Source: an uncultured virus (IMG/VR IMGVR_UViG_2848843299_000006) (lineage: Duplodnaviria > Heunggongvirae > Uroviricota > Caudoviricetes). From it: DNA of 20,000 bases. The position numbers and the translations under genes are program-made. The DNA lies in the IMG/VR virus record IMGVR_UViG_2848843299_000006; one strand, 5' to 3'. Under the pieces are notes generated by a model, which saw nothing but the letters and a program-made list of their open reading frames with translations, had not been told where the DNA came from and made no database searches. Below, piece after piece: positions 1 to 7,269 of the stretch; within the stretch, counting starts at the first letter, position 1; each line of letters starts with the position of its first letter.

Positions 1-79
1 TTATTGCCATGAATAAAAAACCGCGTACAGCTCTTATGTTAAGTGATAATAAGGTAATTGATGCTGTGGCAATATAAAC

Positions 80-105
80 GAAAAAGGCCGCAAAAGGCGA
101 CCTTT
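80..105 (-). terminator. Intrinsic terminator-like hairpin
   Basis: Minus strand AGGTCGC-CTTTT-GCGGCCT followed by a T run. Confidence 0.5.
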
Positions 106-288
106 GGAATTTAAATAAATATTATACAACCTTTCTTAATCTAAATGACGCACTACAATTGTAAACAATACATCTTAGTTATGTTGTTGGTATATACTTA
201 TTCTTTCCCCGGTTGCTGTTTGCGGTTTTTTTGTACACAACTAATGCTCTATCCGGTGATTCAACAGAATTGAATATGTGAGCTATCA

Positions 289-495
289 TTATGGTTTTTT
301 ATCATCCTGACTCAGGCATAGCGAACATAAAACAACAGGCCCTTTTGCTATAACAACAGCCTGTTGAATAGCTGCATGCTCTCCCCAGAAATATCCGACA
401 TACGCTGTACTTTTAGCCTGCTGTAACTTTTGACATGTAATTTTATGTAAAACAAAACTACTATCACTCTCAGTCAACGTTAAATAATAATCCAT
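289..495 (-). CDS. Small hypothetical protein, putative Zn-binding (HxxxC...CxxC)
   Basis: 68-aa ORF with GGCGGGG upstream of the ATG; motifs HKITC, YVGYF, CSLC. Confidence 0.65.
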   Translation of the reverse strand: MDYYLTLTESDSSFVLHKITCQKLQQAKSTAYVGYFWGEHAAIQQAVVIAKGPVVLCSLCLSQDDKKP

Positions 496-663
496 ATACC
501 CCGCCTGTTATTCTTTATACTTATAAAAACAGGAATAACATATTAACAGGGATTTTAAAAATTAAAAAATCTACTGATTCCCTGTCATAAGAATCCAGCC
601 AGACAACTGATCCTGCCACACCATGGATCTGGTACATCTTTTTTTAAACAAAAAAACAGAATA

Positions 664-816
664 TTATGCATTACAGTCCTCTTGTTTATTCAATTCAGCA
701 AGCGCTAATTCTCTCATCCAATCTGAAAGCAGTGGTTTAGTTTTTACCGCATCCATGAGCGCTCTCTCTTTTTTGGTCAGGCGAACAACAATTACTTCTG
801 TTTTCATATTAGGCAC
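664..816 (-). CDS. 50-aa ribbon-helix-helix (MobC/CopG-like) DNA-binding protein
   Basis: Manual translation MPNMKTEVIVVRLTKKERALMDAVKTKPLLSDWMRELALAELNKQEDCNA. GAGGGA precedes the GTG start (alternative ATG at 807). Beta-strand IVVRLT, then helix, then LSDWMR helix is the RHH pattern. Not in the ORF track. Confidence 0.7.
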   Translation of the reverse strand: MPNMKTEVIVVRLTKKERALMDAVKTKPLLSDWMRELALAELNKQEDCNA

Positions 817-893
817 AATAATTTCCCTCTGTTAAGAAATAATATTGGCACAAAATAAAAACAGAGATGTCGACTTTACACGTATTTACATAA

Positions 894-970
894 TAAAAAG
901 CCCCATCATAACTGATGAGGCTGAAAAGACTCTGGTGGAGCACCTAGTCTCCCCGTCTTCATCTTTTACT
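894..970 (-). ncRNA. Candidate ~75-nt sRNA
   Basis: Extended -10 TGCTATACT (976-984, minus strand), an internal hairpin, and terminator AGCCTCATCA-GTTA-TGATGGGGCT-TTTT (894-922). No RBS-supported ORF. Confidence 0.5.
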
Positions 971-1142
971 CTTTAAGTATAGCAGATAAAATCAATACGC
1001 CCCCCAAAAAACAAGATAATCAAATTTTAATTTAAAATATAATGGCCGTTTTATGGATGGTGATGTTTTGTATCAATTTATTCCTGACATTTACATAACA
1101 CAAGTAATCTGTGGATAGTTTTACACATACTTCAAATGTGAT

Positions 1143-1250
1143 TTATGCAAAGTAAACAACCATCAACACAATGGCTAACACCAGCAAAGCAGAAACTGAT
1201 AACCATTGAAATAAACGGAACACTGTATCAAATTGAAACGGGTTAAACAT
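1143..1250 (-). CDS. 35-aa single-TM peptide resembling the first TM helix of PsiE
   Basis: MFNPFQFDTVFRLFQWLSVSALLVLAIVLMVVYFA. AGAGGAG lies 5 nt before the ATG; extended -10 TGGTATAGT at 1377-1385. Not in the ORF track. Confidence 0.75.
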   Translation of the reverse strand: MFNPFQFDTVFRLFQWLSVSALLVLAIVLMVVYFA

Positions 1251-1420
1251 AGATACTCCTCTGGAACATAGTCCCGTGAGTGCCGCTCATTTCTCTGATT
1301 CACCGGTAAAGAAGATAACCTTACGGTTGTAAAGTCAGCTCCCAGACTGAGCCAACGGCACGGTATTGACAACACTACTATACCACATCGTCTTGGCACG
1401 GATTTTTTATTTACCTGATA

Positions 1421-1855
1421 TTACTCAGCTTCGCAGTTTACCTTTTTTCTTTTAAGAATTGGTTTTTCTGTATTAGCTACATAAAGAGCAAATACTAATA
1501 TCAGAATTGTAATTGAATATACGATTAATAATGATGGTTGTTTATGTTCGACTACTACCAGCCTGATAACCGCTGTTATTGCTATATATAAAAAATAATG
1601 CAGCGGAAAATGATAGTTTGATTGAAAGTACTTGATTATTAATGCAATAAATTCAAAATATAAAAAATATATAATTATCCCATCAACTAATGAATACAGC
1701 GACACCGGGTCATTTTTTTTAAATAACAAAGCAGCAAGGATAATTGTTTCTTTTATCAAAAAAACAATCAATATAATTGCCAAAAGTAACAGTGCCGCAC
1801 TGCTGATCCACTGAAGCAACCGACTTATTAACTTTGATTGGCTCAACCCTGACAT
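1421..1855 (-). CDS. psiE: Phosphate-starvation-inducible membrane protein PsiE
   Basis: Four hydrophobic segments with [38 protein letters not shown] precedes the ATG at 1855. Confidence 0.92.
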   Translation of the reverse strand: MSGLSQSKLISRLLQWISSAALLLLAIILIVFLIKETIILAALLFKKNDPVSLYSLVDGIIIYFLYFEFIALIIKYFQSNYHFPLHYFLYIAITAVIRLVVVEHKQPSLLIVYSITILILVFALYVANTEKPILKRKKVNCEAE

Positions 1856-2123
1856 GATGGCTCCTGAGGTTTCCCTCTTCAATATCACATCTATTTTTTA
1901 TAGAATACAAAAATAAAGAACCGAAGGTACGGAACTTGCTAAACGTCAGCTGATATGAAATGTGTTTATACAGTTTACCACATTCTATTTCTTTAACTGT
2001 CTTACTTACACGTGATTACAATAAATAATCAACTTCATCAACATGAGTATAAAAACCCGCAATACGAAGTTTTTGTTTATAAGCAATGTGATACAGAGAT
2101 CATTCAATGACAATCTTTGTAAC

Positions 2124-3053
2124 TTATTTGTACAGAGAATTTTCTCCCGGAGGTCTGGTCTTAAACCTTCTGTGTGCCCACAAGTATTGGTCCGGAGCAT
2201 GCATGATTTCTGCCTCAATAATCTGATTTAGTTTCTCAGCATCTGCCAGGTCATCTCCACACGGAAAATCAGCAATTTCTTTACCAATTATTAATTCATA
2301 AGGCCTCTTACCACTTTCATTATTTCTTATCATCGTTGCAGTAAGTATCGGCGACTTCGATAATTTGGCTATAGCTGCCACTCCTTTTGATGTAGAAGCA
2401 TTAGCTACCGAAAAAAAAGGGGCGAAGATAGTACCTTTAGTTCCAAAGTCCTGATCCGGAGCAAACCAAATAGCCTGCCCGCGTTTTAGTTCCGATACCA
2501 TAAACTTCAGATTCTTACGGTCGATCATCCCGCTTCCGGAACGGCTTCGGCATCTTGTTTGTATATACTCCATTGCTTTATTGTTGTGGGGACGATACAT
2601 AGCATTTACAGGAAAACACAGCCCCATAACTCTGCCCCCAAGTTCCAGCGACATGGAATGAATACCAATAATTAAAACACCATTATTTTTGTCATATACA
2701 TCATTAAAGTTATCACAACCCGTTACTCTAAATATTTCATTAATTTTTTTGTCATTCCAGAACCAGGCAATACCGGTTTCAAATAATGCAATCCCTAAAG
2801 ATGACAGGTTGCTTGCAACCATACTCTCTATCTGGATTTTATTTCTGTCAGGAAAACATAATTCTAAATTTTTTTTAATTATGGATACCCGCCTTTTCAG
2901 GAACAAACCAGAAAAACGACCTAACTTATCGCCTAAAAACACAAGCCATGGATAAGGCATCTGAACTAAACAGAAAAGCAACAGGATACCAATCCAGGTT
3001 AAAATGTACCTTGGGTGAAGAAGCCTGATAGAAAATTTATTCAGAGAATACAT
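2124..3053 (-). CDS. lpxP: Lipid A late acyltransferase, LpxP-like (palmitoleoyl transferase; LpxL/LpxP family)
   Basis: LLHPRY..W, catalytic H-x4-E in HSMSLELGGRVMGLC (LpxP-type rather than LpxL), WFAPDQD, QYLWAHRRFKTRP. Confidence 0.9.
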   Translation of the reverse strand: MYSLNKFSIRLLHPRYILTWIGILLLFCLVQMPYPWLVFLGDKLGRFSGLFLKRRVSIIKKNLELCFPDRNKIQIESMVASNLSSLGIALFETGIAWFWNDKKINEIFRVTGCDNFNDVYDKNNGVLIIGIHSMSLELGGRVMGLCFPVNAMYRPHNNKAMEYIQTRCRSRSGSGMIDRKNLKFMVSELKRGQAIWFAPDQDFGTKGTIFAPFFSVANASTSKGVAAIAKLSKSPILTATMIRNNESGKRPYELIIGKEIADFPCGDDLADAEKLNQIIEAEIMHAPDQYLWAHRRFKTRPPGENSLYK

Positions 3054-3084
3054 TTTTTCCTGATAAGGAATAATTACTGCATAA

Positions 3085-3114
3085 TAAAAAGGCCTGATAA
3101 TATTATCAGGCCTT
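3085..3114 (-). terminator. Intrinsic terminator between ymcF-like gene and lpxP
   Basis: Perfect 26-bp palindrome AAGGCCTGATAATATTATCAGGCCTT (3089-3114) followed by a T run on the minus strand. Confidence 0.75.
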
Positions 3115-3128
3115 GGAATTTAGTTTTT

Positions 3129-3269
3129 CTATTGCCTGGACAACAGCATCACCGTTTTACAAAAAATGCATTTTGCACCATGCGGATTTGATGCAGAAAC
3201 ATCAAAGTGCGAAGTCCGGTATTGTGTTCCACTGCAACAGGGGCACTGAAAAAACAGTGCTATTATCAT
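3129..3269 (-). CDS. ymcF: YmcF/YnfQ-family cold-shock small Zn-knuckle protein (46 aa)
   Basis: MIIALFFQCPCCSGTQYRTSHFDVSASNPHGAKCIFCKTVMLLSRQ matches the CPCC-G-QYRTS-FDVS--NP-GAKCIFCK pattern of E. coli YmcF/YnfQ. It lies directly downstream of a csp gene, as they do. Not in the ORF track. Confidence 0.88.
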   Translation of the reverse strand: MIIALFFQCPCCSGTQYRTSHFDVSASNPHGAKCIFCKTVMLLSRQ

Positions 3270-3278
3270 TGGTGCGCC

Positions 3279-3491
3279 TTAGAGACCCACCACATTTGAT
3301 GCAGACGGACCTTTTGCCCCGTCTTCAATATTGAAGGTAACATTCTGACCTTCAAATAATGTTTTGAAGCTGTCACTCTGGATCGCAGAGAAGTGAACAA
3401 ACACATCTTTGCTACCATCTGCCGGAGAGATGAAGCCAAAACCTTTCGATTCGTTAAACCATTTTACTGAACCAGTCATTGTATTAGACAT
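3279..3491 (-). CDS. cspA: Cold-shock protein, CspA family (70 aa)
   Basis: [21 protein letters not shown] (RNP1), DVFVHF (RNP2); AAAGGA RBS. Exact paralog (A/B/G/I) uncertain. Confidence 0.95.
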   Translation of the reverse strand: MSNTMTGSVKWFNESKGFGFISPADGSKDVFVHFSAIQSDSFKTLFEGQNVTFNIEDGAKGPSASNVVGL

Positions 3492-3712
3492 AGAATTTCC
3501 TTTAATTTTTTGATTGCCATAAGGCATATGAGGTTTGTTTTTTATTTTTACTTATGGGAATTAATTAGAAGGAATTCGCAATGAAGTGGTATCGAGGATA
3601 ACGCTAAATGGTGAACGACTTTAAACTGACTAGCATAAATAGGCCTGTACTTCCAAACCAGTGACCCCATTAAGCCACAGATGATCACAAATAGCAAACT
3701 TTATTATTTTAT
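3492..3712 (-). promoter_or_regulatory. cspA-type cold-shock promoter, cold box and long 5' UTR
   Basis: -35 TTGCTA (3692-3697), 17 bp, -10 CTTAAT (3669-3674) preceded by TGG as in E. coli cspA. AT-rich UP element; cold-box-like GGTTTGGAAGTACAGGCC at the 5' end; ~170-nt UTR. Confidence 0.8.
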
Positions 3713-3786
3713 CCCTCGGATGTTACGTATCACTACACGTAAATCACGACTGATTTTAACCAATTATCTTATCTGTTTATCAACAT

Positions 3787-3814
3787 AAAAAAACCCCCGT
3801 AAAAACGGGGTTTC
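3787..3814 (-). terminator. tR'-like terminator downstream of Q
   Basis: Minus strand AAACCCCGT-TTTT-ACGGGGGTTTTTTT. Confidence 0.8.
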
Positions 3815-3851
3815 AGTTTGTAATCAATACGACACAGAAATAACTCTGATC

Positions 3852-3879
3852 ACAATAGCGTCTTTTTTACGATCGTAAA
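3852..3879 (-). promoter_or_regulatory. Putative late promoter pR'
   Basis: TTTACG-16 bp-TATTGT overlapping the Q stop codon and followed by a short leader and terminator, the typical lambdoid layout. Confidence 0.55.
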
Positions 3880-4304
3880 GCATTAATTTTTAAATCATGT
3901 AATTTGTTCATAAATGTCCGCATACCTCCATGATGTGATGTACCGTCCATTTCCAGTTTTACATCTCCCATTATGAGCATTCCTTCCACCAGCCCTTCTG
4001 CCTTCTGGAGTTTTTTCCCTATGTGAGTGTCTGAGCACCCGTATTTCTTGGCCAACTGAATAAACGTCTTACCGAAAACATAGTAATCAAAAAGCAGATC
4101 ATGCATATCGCTGTTGCGGATGTTCAGTTTTGCCATAATGCCGGATATCACCAGTGCATCATTATCAGTACATTGCTGACGACTCTTAACTTTTTCAGGG
4201 ATCAGCCCTTTAAACCCGGCAGCAATTGGTGACCAATATACTGATTCCTGATTATCAACAACCCAAGCCCCCCACCGTTCTAACACCTGGCGAATATCAC
4301 GCAT
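3867..4304 (-). CDS. Q: Late antitermination protein Q
   Basis: [31 protein letters not shown] motifs; position after the nin region. Confidence 0.9.
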   Translation of the reverse strand: MRDIRQVLERWGAWVVDNQESVYWSPIAAGFKGLIPEKVKSRQQCTDNDALVISGIMAKLNIRNSDMHDLLFDYYVFGKTFIQLAKKYGCSDTHIGKKLQKAEGLVEGMLIMGDVKLEMDGTSHHGGMRTFMNKLHDLKINALRS

Positions 4305-4424
4305 ACATTACCTCGTTATTTTGCAGGCTATGAGGTTTAATATCTTCCGATAAAACAGAAATGACGCTTCCCGTATAGTTGCCCTGAAGAGTAGTGTTGC
4401 TCCAATGTTTCTCTCTCATTGTTC

Positions 4425-4607
4425 TCACTCCTGTATGCCTTTCATCTCGAACTCGGTCATAAGCACACCGATGTAGATTATGTACGCTTCGCACCAGGTA
4501 TCCCGGTGAAACGTCCTGACTGTGTACCGGTTTATTTTCAACTCAGTCACCAGTGTCGCCTGATTACCGTAGTGTTCAGGTATCGGTGTAATTTCAGGTC
4601 TTACGCT
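4425..4607 (-). pseudogene. ninH: Decayed ninH
   Basis: Frame reads PEITPIPEHYGNQATLVTELKINRYTVRTFHRD...IYIGVLM, like lambda NinH (TIPDMLVEAYGNQ...RGTVRK...VLM). No start codon at the expected position (in-frame TAA at 4608-4610) and a short deletion. Confidence 0.7.
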
Positions 4608-5223
4608 TTAACTCCCTCACTTTCGCACGGTACTCATCGCGTATACGGATATAGTCTTCCCGCTTCCAGTGCGGTATCTCATGCGGACCGCGTAACCAGT
4701 CAACTAACTCCTGTCCAAATTTTTCAATCAGCCGTAACTCGTATTTCTGCGTTACAGTGTTATTTTTGTGTGAGAATTTACCGGCCCCCGCATTGCATGA
4801 TTTACATTGCTTATAGGCATTTCGCTCCTCAAACCGCAGCTCAGGATGTGACCCTACAGACAGAAAATGACCGCAGTCCCACTGTCCACCATGTAAATCA
4901 GGCGGATTAGGTTCACCACAGCTGATGCATGGTTCATCGCGGTCTCTGAGTCTGATGAATTGGTTAAACGCTGTTTGTGCTTGCTGCCGGAAATATGAGG
5001 TGGGTTTTACTGCTAACTTGCGGATTTTTAATTTATCTTTTGCTTCACGTTCTTTTTGCTGCTGCTCCTTTCTTAATTTGGCTTCAGCCTTTTCCCTTTC
5101 CCTGCTTCGTCGCTTTATTGCCAACTCAGCGCCATGCTCCGGACAGCACCATCATTCGTTACTGAATTTCGGGTGAAACCATTCTCGGCATATCAGGCAT
5201 TTTCGCCGCGGTTGCTTTGCCAC
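4594..5223 (-). pseudogene. ninG: NinG/Rap endonuclease with in-frame nonsense codon
   Basis: From GTG 5223: [30 protein letters not shown]..., TGA at 5152-5154 (codon 24), continuing in frame into FIRLRD..PCISCG, WDCGHF, QCKSCN. Confidence 0.88.
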
Positions 5224-5344
5224 TCTCACCATCTCCTTTTATCTTCTCGACTACTTCCAGATGCGGACATTCACCGGCGCACTGGTCGCAAACATAAACT
5301 TCATCGTCGGCCAGTCCTTCGCCGCATATTGCGCAGTTCATCAA
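5159..5344 (-). CDS. ninF: NinF-like small Zn-finger protein
   Basis: CAICGEGL..EVYVCDQCAGE resembles lambda NinF; GGGAGGG RBS; located just upstream of ninG. Confidence 0.6.
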   Translation of the reverse strand: MMNCAICGEGLADDEVYVCDQCAGECPHLEVVEKIKGDGESGKATAAKMPDMPRMVSPEIQ

Positions 5345-5508
5345 ACCCTCCCCTGTAATAAATAATTACGCGAACCCACCATGCTTTAGGTGCAAAGTGG
5401 AGTTTTTTCCGAAGATCATTGATTAATAACTGCCGAACGTTTTTTGCTCACTTTTTAGCCAATCTGGTCTATTATTAATCTGAGTGAATAATGAATATCG
5501 GAGGAACT

Positions 5509-5937
5509 ATGTACAAAAATATCCTTGTTCCGATTGATGTATGGGAAAAAGAACTCACTGATATGGTTACTCCTCATGTTGAAAGCCTCGCTAAACTTGA
5601 AGATGCCCGTATCCATTTTCTTGCGGTTATACCAGCATTCCCATATGGTGGTTTTGAAAGTGGTTTGTCTGTCGCGGATCTGGAAAAGCGACTGATAGAT
5701 TCCACAAAGAAAGAATTAGGCGAGATAATCAGGAAATTCAGTTTGCCGGAGGACAGAGCAGACAGATATATCGTAATTGGTCGCCCAAAAGACAAAATAC
5801 TTGAACGTGCCGAAGCTATTAGTGCAGACCTGATTATCATCGGCTCCCGTCGTCCGAGTATTTCTACCTATCTACTCGGCTCCACTGCTGCGGCAGTCGT
5901 CCGTTATGCCAAAACCTCAGTTTTAGTTGTCCGCTGA
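5509..5937 (+). CDS. uspF: Universal stress protein, UspF-like
   Basis: MYKNILVPID...IIIGSRRPSISTYLLGSTAAAVVRYAKTSVLVVR; GGAGG RBS before ATG 5509. Confidence 0.9.
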   Translation: MYKNILVPIDVWEKELTDMVTPHVESLAKLEDARIHFLAVIPAFPYGGFESGLSVADLEKRLIDSTKKELGEIIRKFSLPEDRADRYIVIGRPKDKILERAEAISADLIIIGSRRPSISTYLLGSTAAAVVRYAKTSVLVVR

Positions 5938-6378
5938 CACCAGTCGCCCGCTCCGGCGGGCTTTACCATTTCTTCTCCTGACTCCCTGCACTAGCGAGTC
6001 GAACCAGGTAACATCTGACCGACCGAACCCCGGCTCAATGTATGCCTTGCTGACCACCTTCCCGCAAAATTCGATTCGCTTTCTCTCACTCTGCTCACCA
6101 CCCGGCACTAACTCACCACGTGAATCACAAACGTAACGATACAGCCTGGTGACAGCATCCGGCGATATAGCAAATAACGGACTCACATGGCGGTTATGCC
6201 TCGTTGTACCAACCTTTCGCAAACATCCGATATACAGCATTTTGTTGGTAAACCACTTAATGAACTCTGTCGAGTTTCCTGTGCGCAGCCCAGCCTCGTG
6301 ATTGGTGAACGAATCCAGATCGCGACATGCCCTGATTATGTCAACGCATACTTTGAATTGTTCGTCATTCATCGCCAC
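5923..6378 (-). CDS. Hypothetical phage protein (nin region)
   Basis: 151-aa ORF coupled to the upstream ORF in the pR operon. Confidence 0.65.
   Translation of the reverse strand: MAMNDEQFKVCVDIIRACRDLDSFTNHEAGLRTGNSTEFIKWFTNKMLYIGCLRKVGTTRHNRHVSPLFAISPDAVTRLYRYVCDSRGELVPGGEQSERKRIEFCGKVVSKAYIEPGFGRSDVTWFDSLVQGVRRRNGKARRSGRLVSADN
5946..5965 (+). terminator. uspF terminator
   Basis: GCCCGC-TCCG-GCGGGC-TTT just after the stop codon. Confidence 0.7.
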
Positions 6379-6566
6379 ATCCTGTTAATCATTGCCCGTG
6401 GTGTTGGTTTCAGATATCTGACTACCGGCAGATACACGGTGACGTCGAAATACTGAGGATTGATATTCAGTGACTTCACCGGGTTATACCCCTTACGCCT
6501 GTAGTAAATGCAGAGCTTATCGGCTTCGTCATTGGTGAGAAGTTGGTGTATGTGCGGTTCTTTCAT
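6369..6566 (-). CDS. Hypothetical lambdoid phage protein
   Basis: 65-aa ORF with AGGA RBS, directly after ninB. Confidence 0.7.
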   Translation of the reverse strand: MKEPHIHQLLTNDEADKLCIYYRRKGYNPVKSLNINPQYFDVTVYLPVVRYLKPTPRAMINRMWR

Positions 6567-6577
6567 ACGTCCTGCTC

Positions 6578-7021
6578 CTATTCCTGATGTCCGTAATGAT
6601 TAAACCTGTATCGCGCGGCGCGGGGTTTTATACCTTCACCTATAGCCCACGCCTGCGAATATTCGATTAAGCTTGTCATGCGCTTCTTACTCATGTTTGC
6701 GGTACTTTCTCTTGCCAGCGGTACAATCTCTCCCTCAAGTCCCGGAATAAGCGTCCCGTCACGGCCGGTAGCCTTTGCATGTCCGGATACGAAAATACAT
6801 TTCCAGTCCTGCAATCCCCACGTATTGCCAGCCCATACAATGCCCTGCTCTGCTACGTTGCCGCACAGCGCATGAAACATGTCATTTTGGGGAAGGGTTC
6901 GCTTCGGATCGGATATTTTTACTTCGAGGGGGAATTCTTCGTTAAGCGGGAGATTGTCAAGCTCTGCCTTGAGATTTCTGAGTATCTGTATATTCCTGAG
7001 AAGGAATGTCTGTTTTTGCAT
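6578..7021 (-). CDS. ninB: NinB/Orf recombination protein
   Basis: KRTLPQNDMFHAL, WKCIFVSGH, LIPGLEGE, RESTANMSKKRMTSLIEY; GGAGG RBS. Confidence 0.88.
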   Translation of the reverse strand: MQKQTFLLRNIQILRNLKAELDNLPLNEEFPLEVKISDPKRTLPQNDMFHALCGNVAEQGIVWAGNTWGLQDWKCIFVSGHAKATGRDGTLIPGLEGEIVPLARESTANMSKKRMTSLIEYSQAWAIGEGIKPRAARYRFNHYGHQE

Positions 7022-7042
7022 TCAACCTCCTGAGGTTATCGG

Positions 7043-7071
7043 TTGCCGTTAGTTTCTTACGGGGGTATTTT
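7043..7071 (+). promoter_or_regulatory. Putative sigma70 promoter of the tRNA pair
   Basis: TTGCCG (7043-7048), 17 bp, TATTTT (7066-7071), ending 10 nt before the first tRNA. Confidence 0.55.
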
Positions 7072-7080
7072 AATTTCTTC

Positions 7081-7156
7081 GGGTCGTTAGCTCAGCCGGT
7101 AGAGCAGTTGACTCTTAATCAATTGGTCGGGAGTTCGAGCCTCCCACGACCCACCA
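7081..7156 (+). tRNA. tRNA-Lys(CUU)
   Basis: 76-nt cloverleaf: acceptor GGGTCGT/ACGACCC, anticodon arm GTTGA-CTCTTAA-TCAAT, T arm GGGAG-TTCGAGC-CTCCC, encoded CCA. Confidence 0.95.
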
Positions 7157-7158
7157 TT

Positions 7159-7233
<75 letters not shown>

Positions 7234-7269
7234 ATCATTTCAAAAAGTCTTCTGTCCTGGGTTATGACA

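Noticed and set aside
623..835. 70-aa + strand ORF
   Set aside because: Antisense shadow of the RHH gene; no RBS.
1175..1399. 74-aa ORF from the track
   Set aside because: No RBS. It overlaps the better-supported 35-aa ORF and its UTR in another frame.
1961..1978. PhoP/Pho box upstream of psiE
   Set aside because: The GTTTA repeats have a 9-bp period, not the required 11 bp.
3113..3334. 73-aa + strand ORF
   Set aside because: Antisense to ymcF and csp.
4297..4494. 65-aa ORF between ninG and Q
   Set aside because: Its 5' part overlaps the ninH remnant in another frame. At most a 40-codon remnant from the ATG near 4419; no family recognised.
5152..5154. ninG TGA as selenocysteine or programmed readthrough
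   Set aside because: It aligns with a probable Trp position next to WCC, no SECIS-like hairpin was evident, and neighbouring ninH is also decayed.
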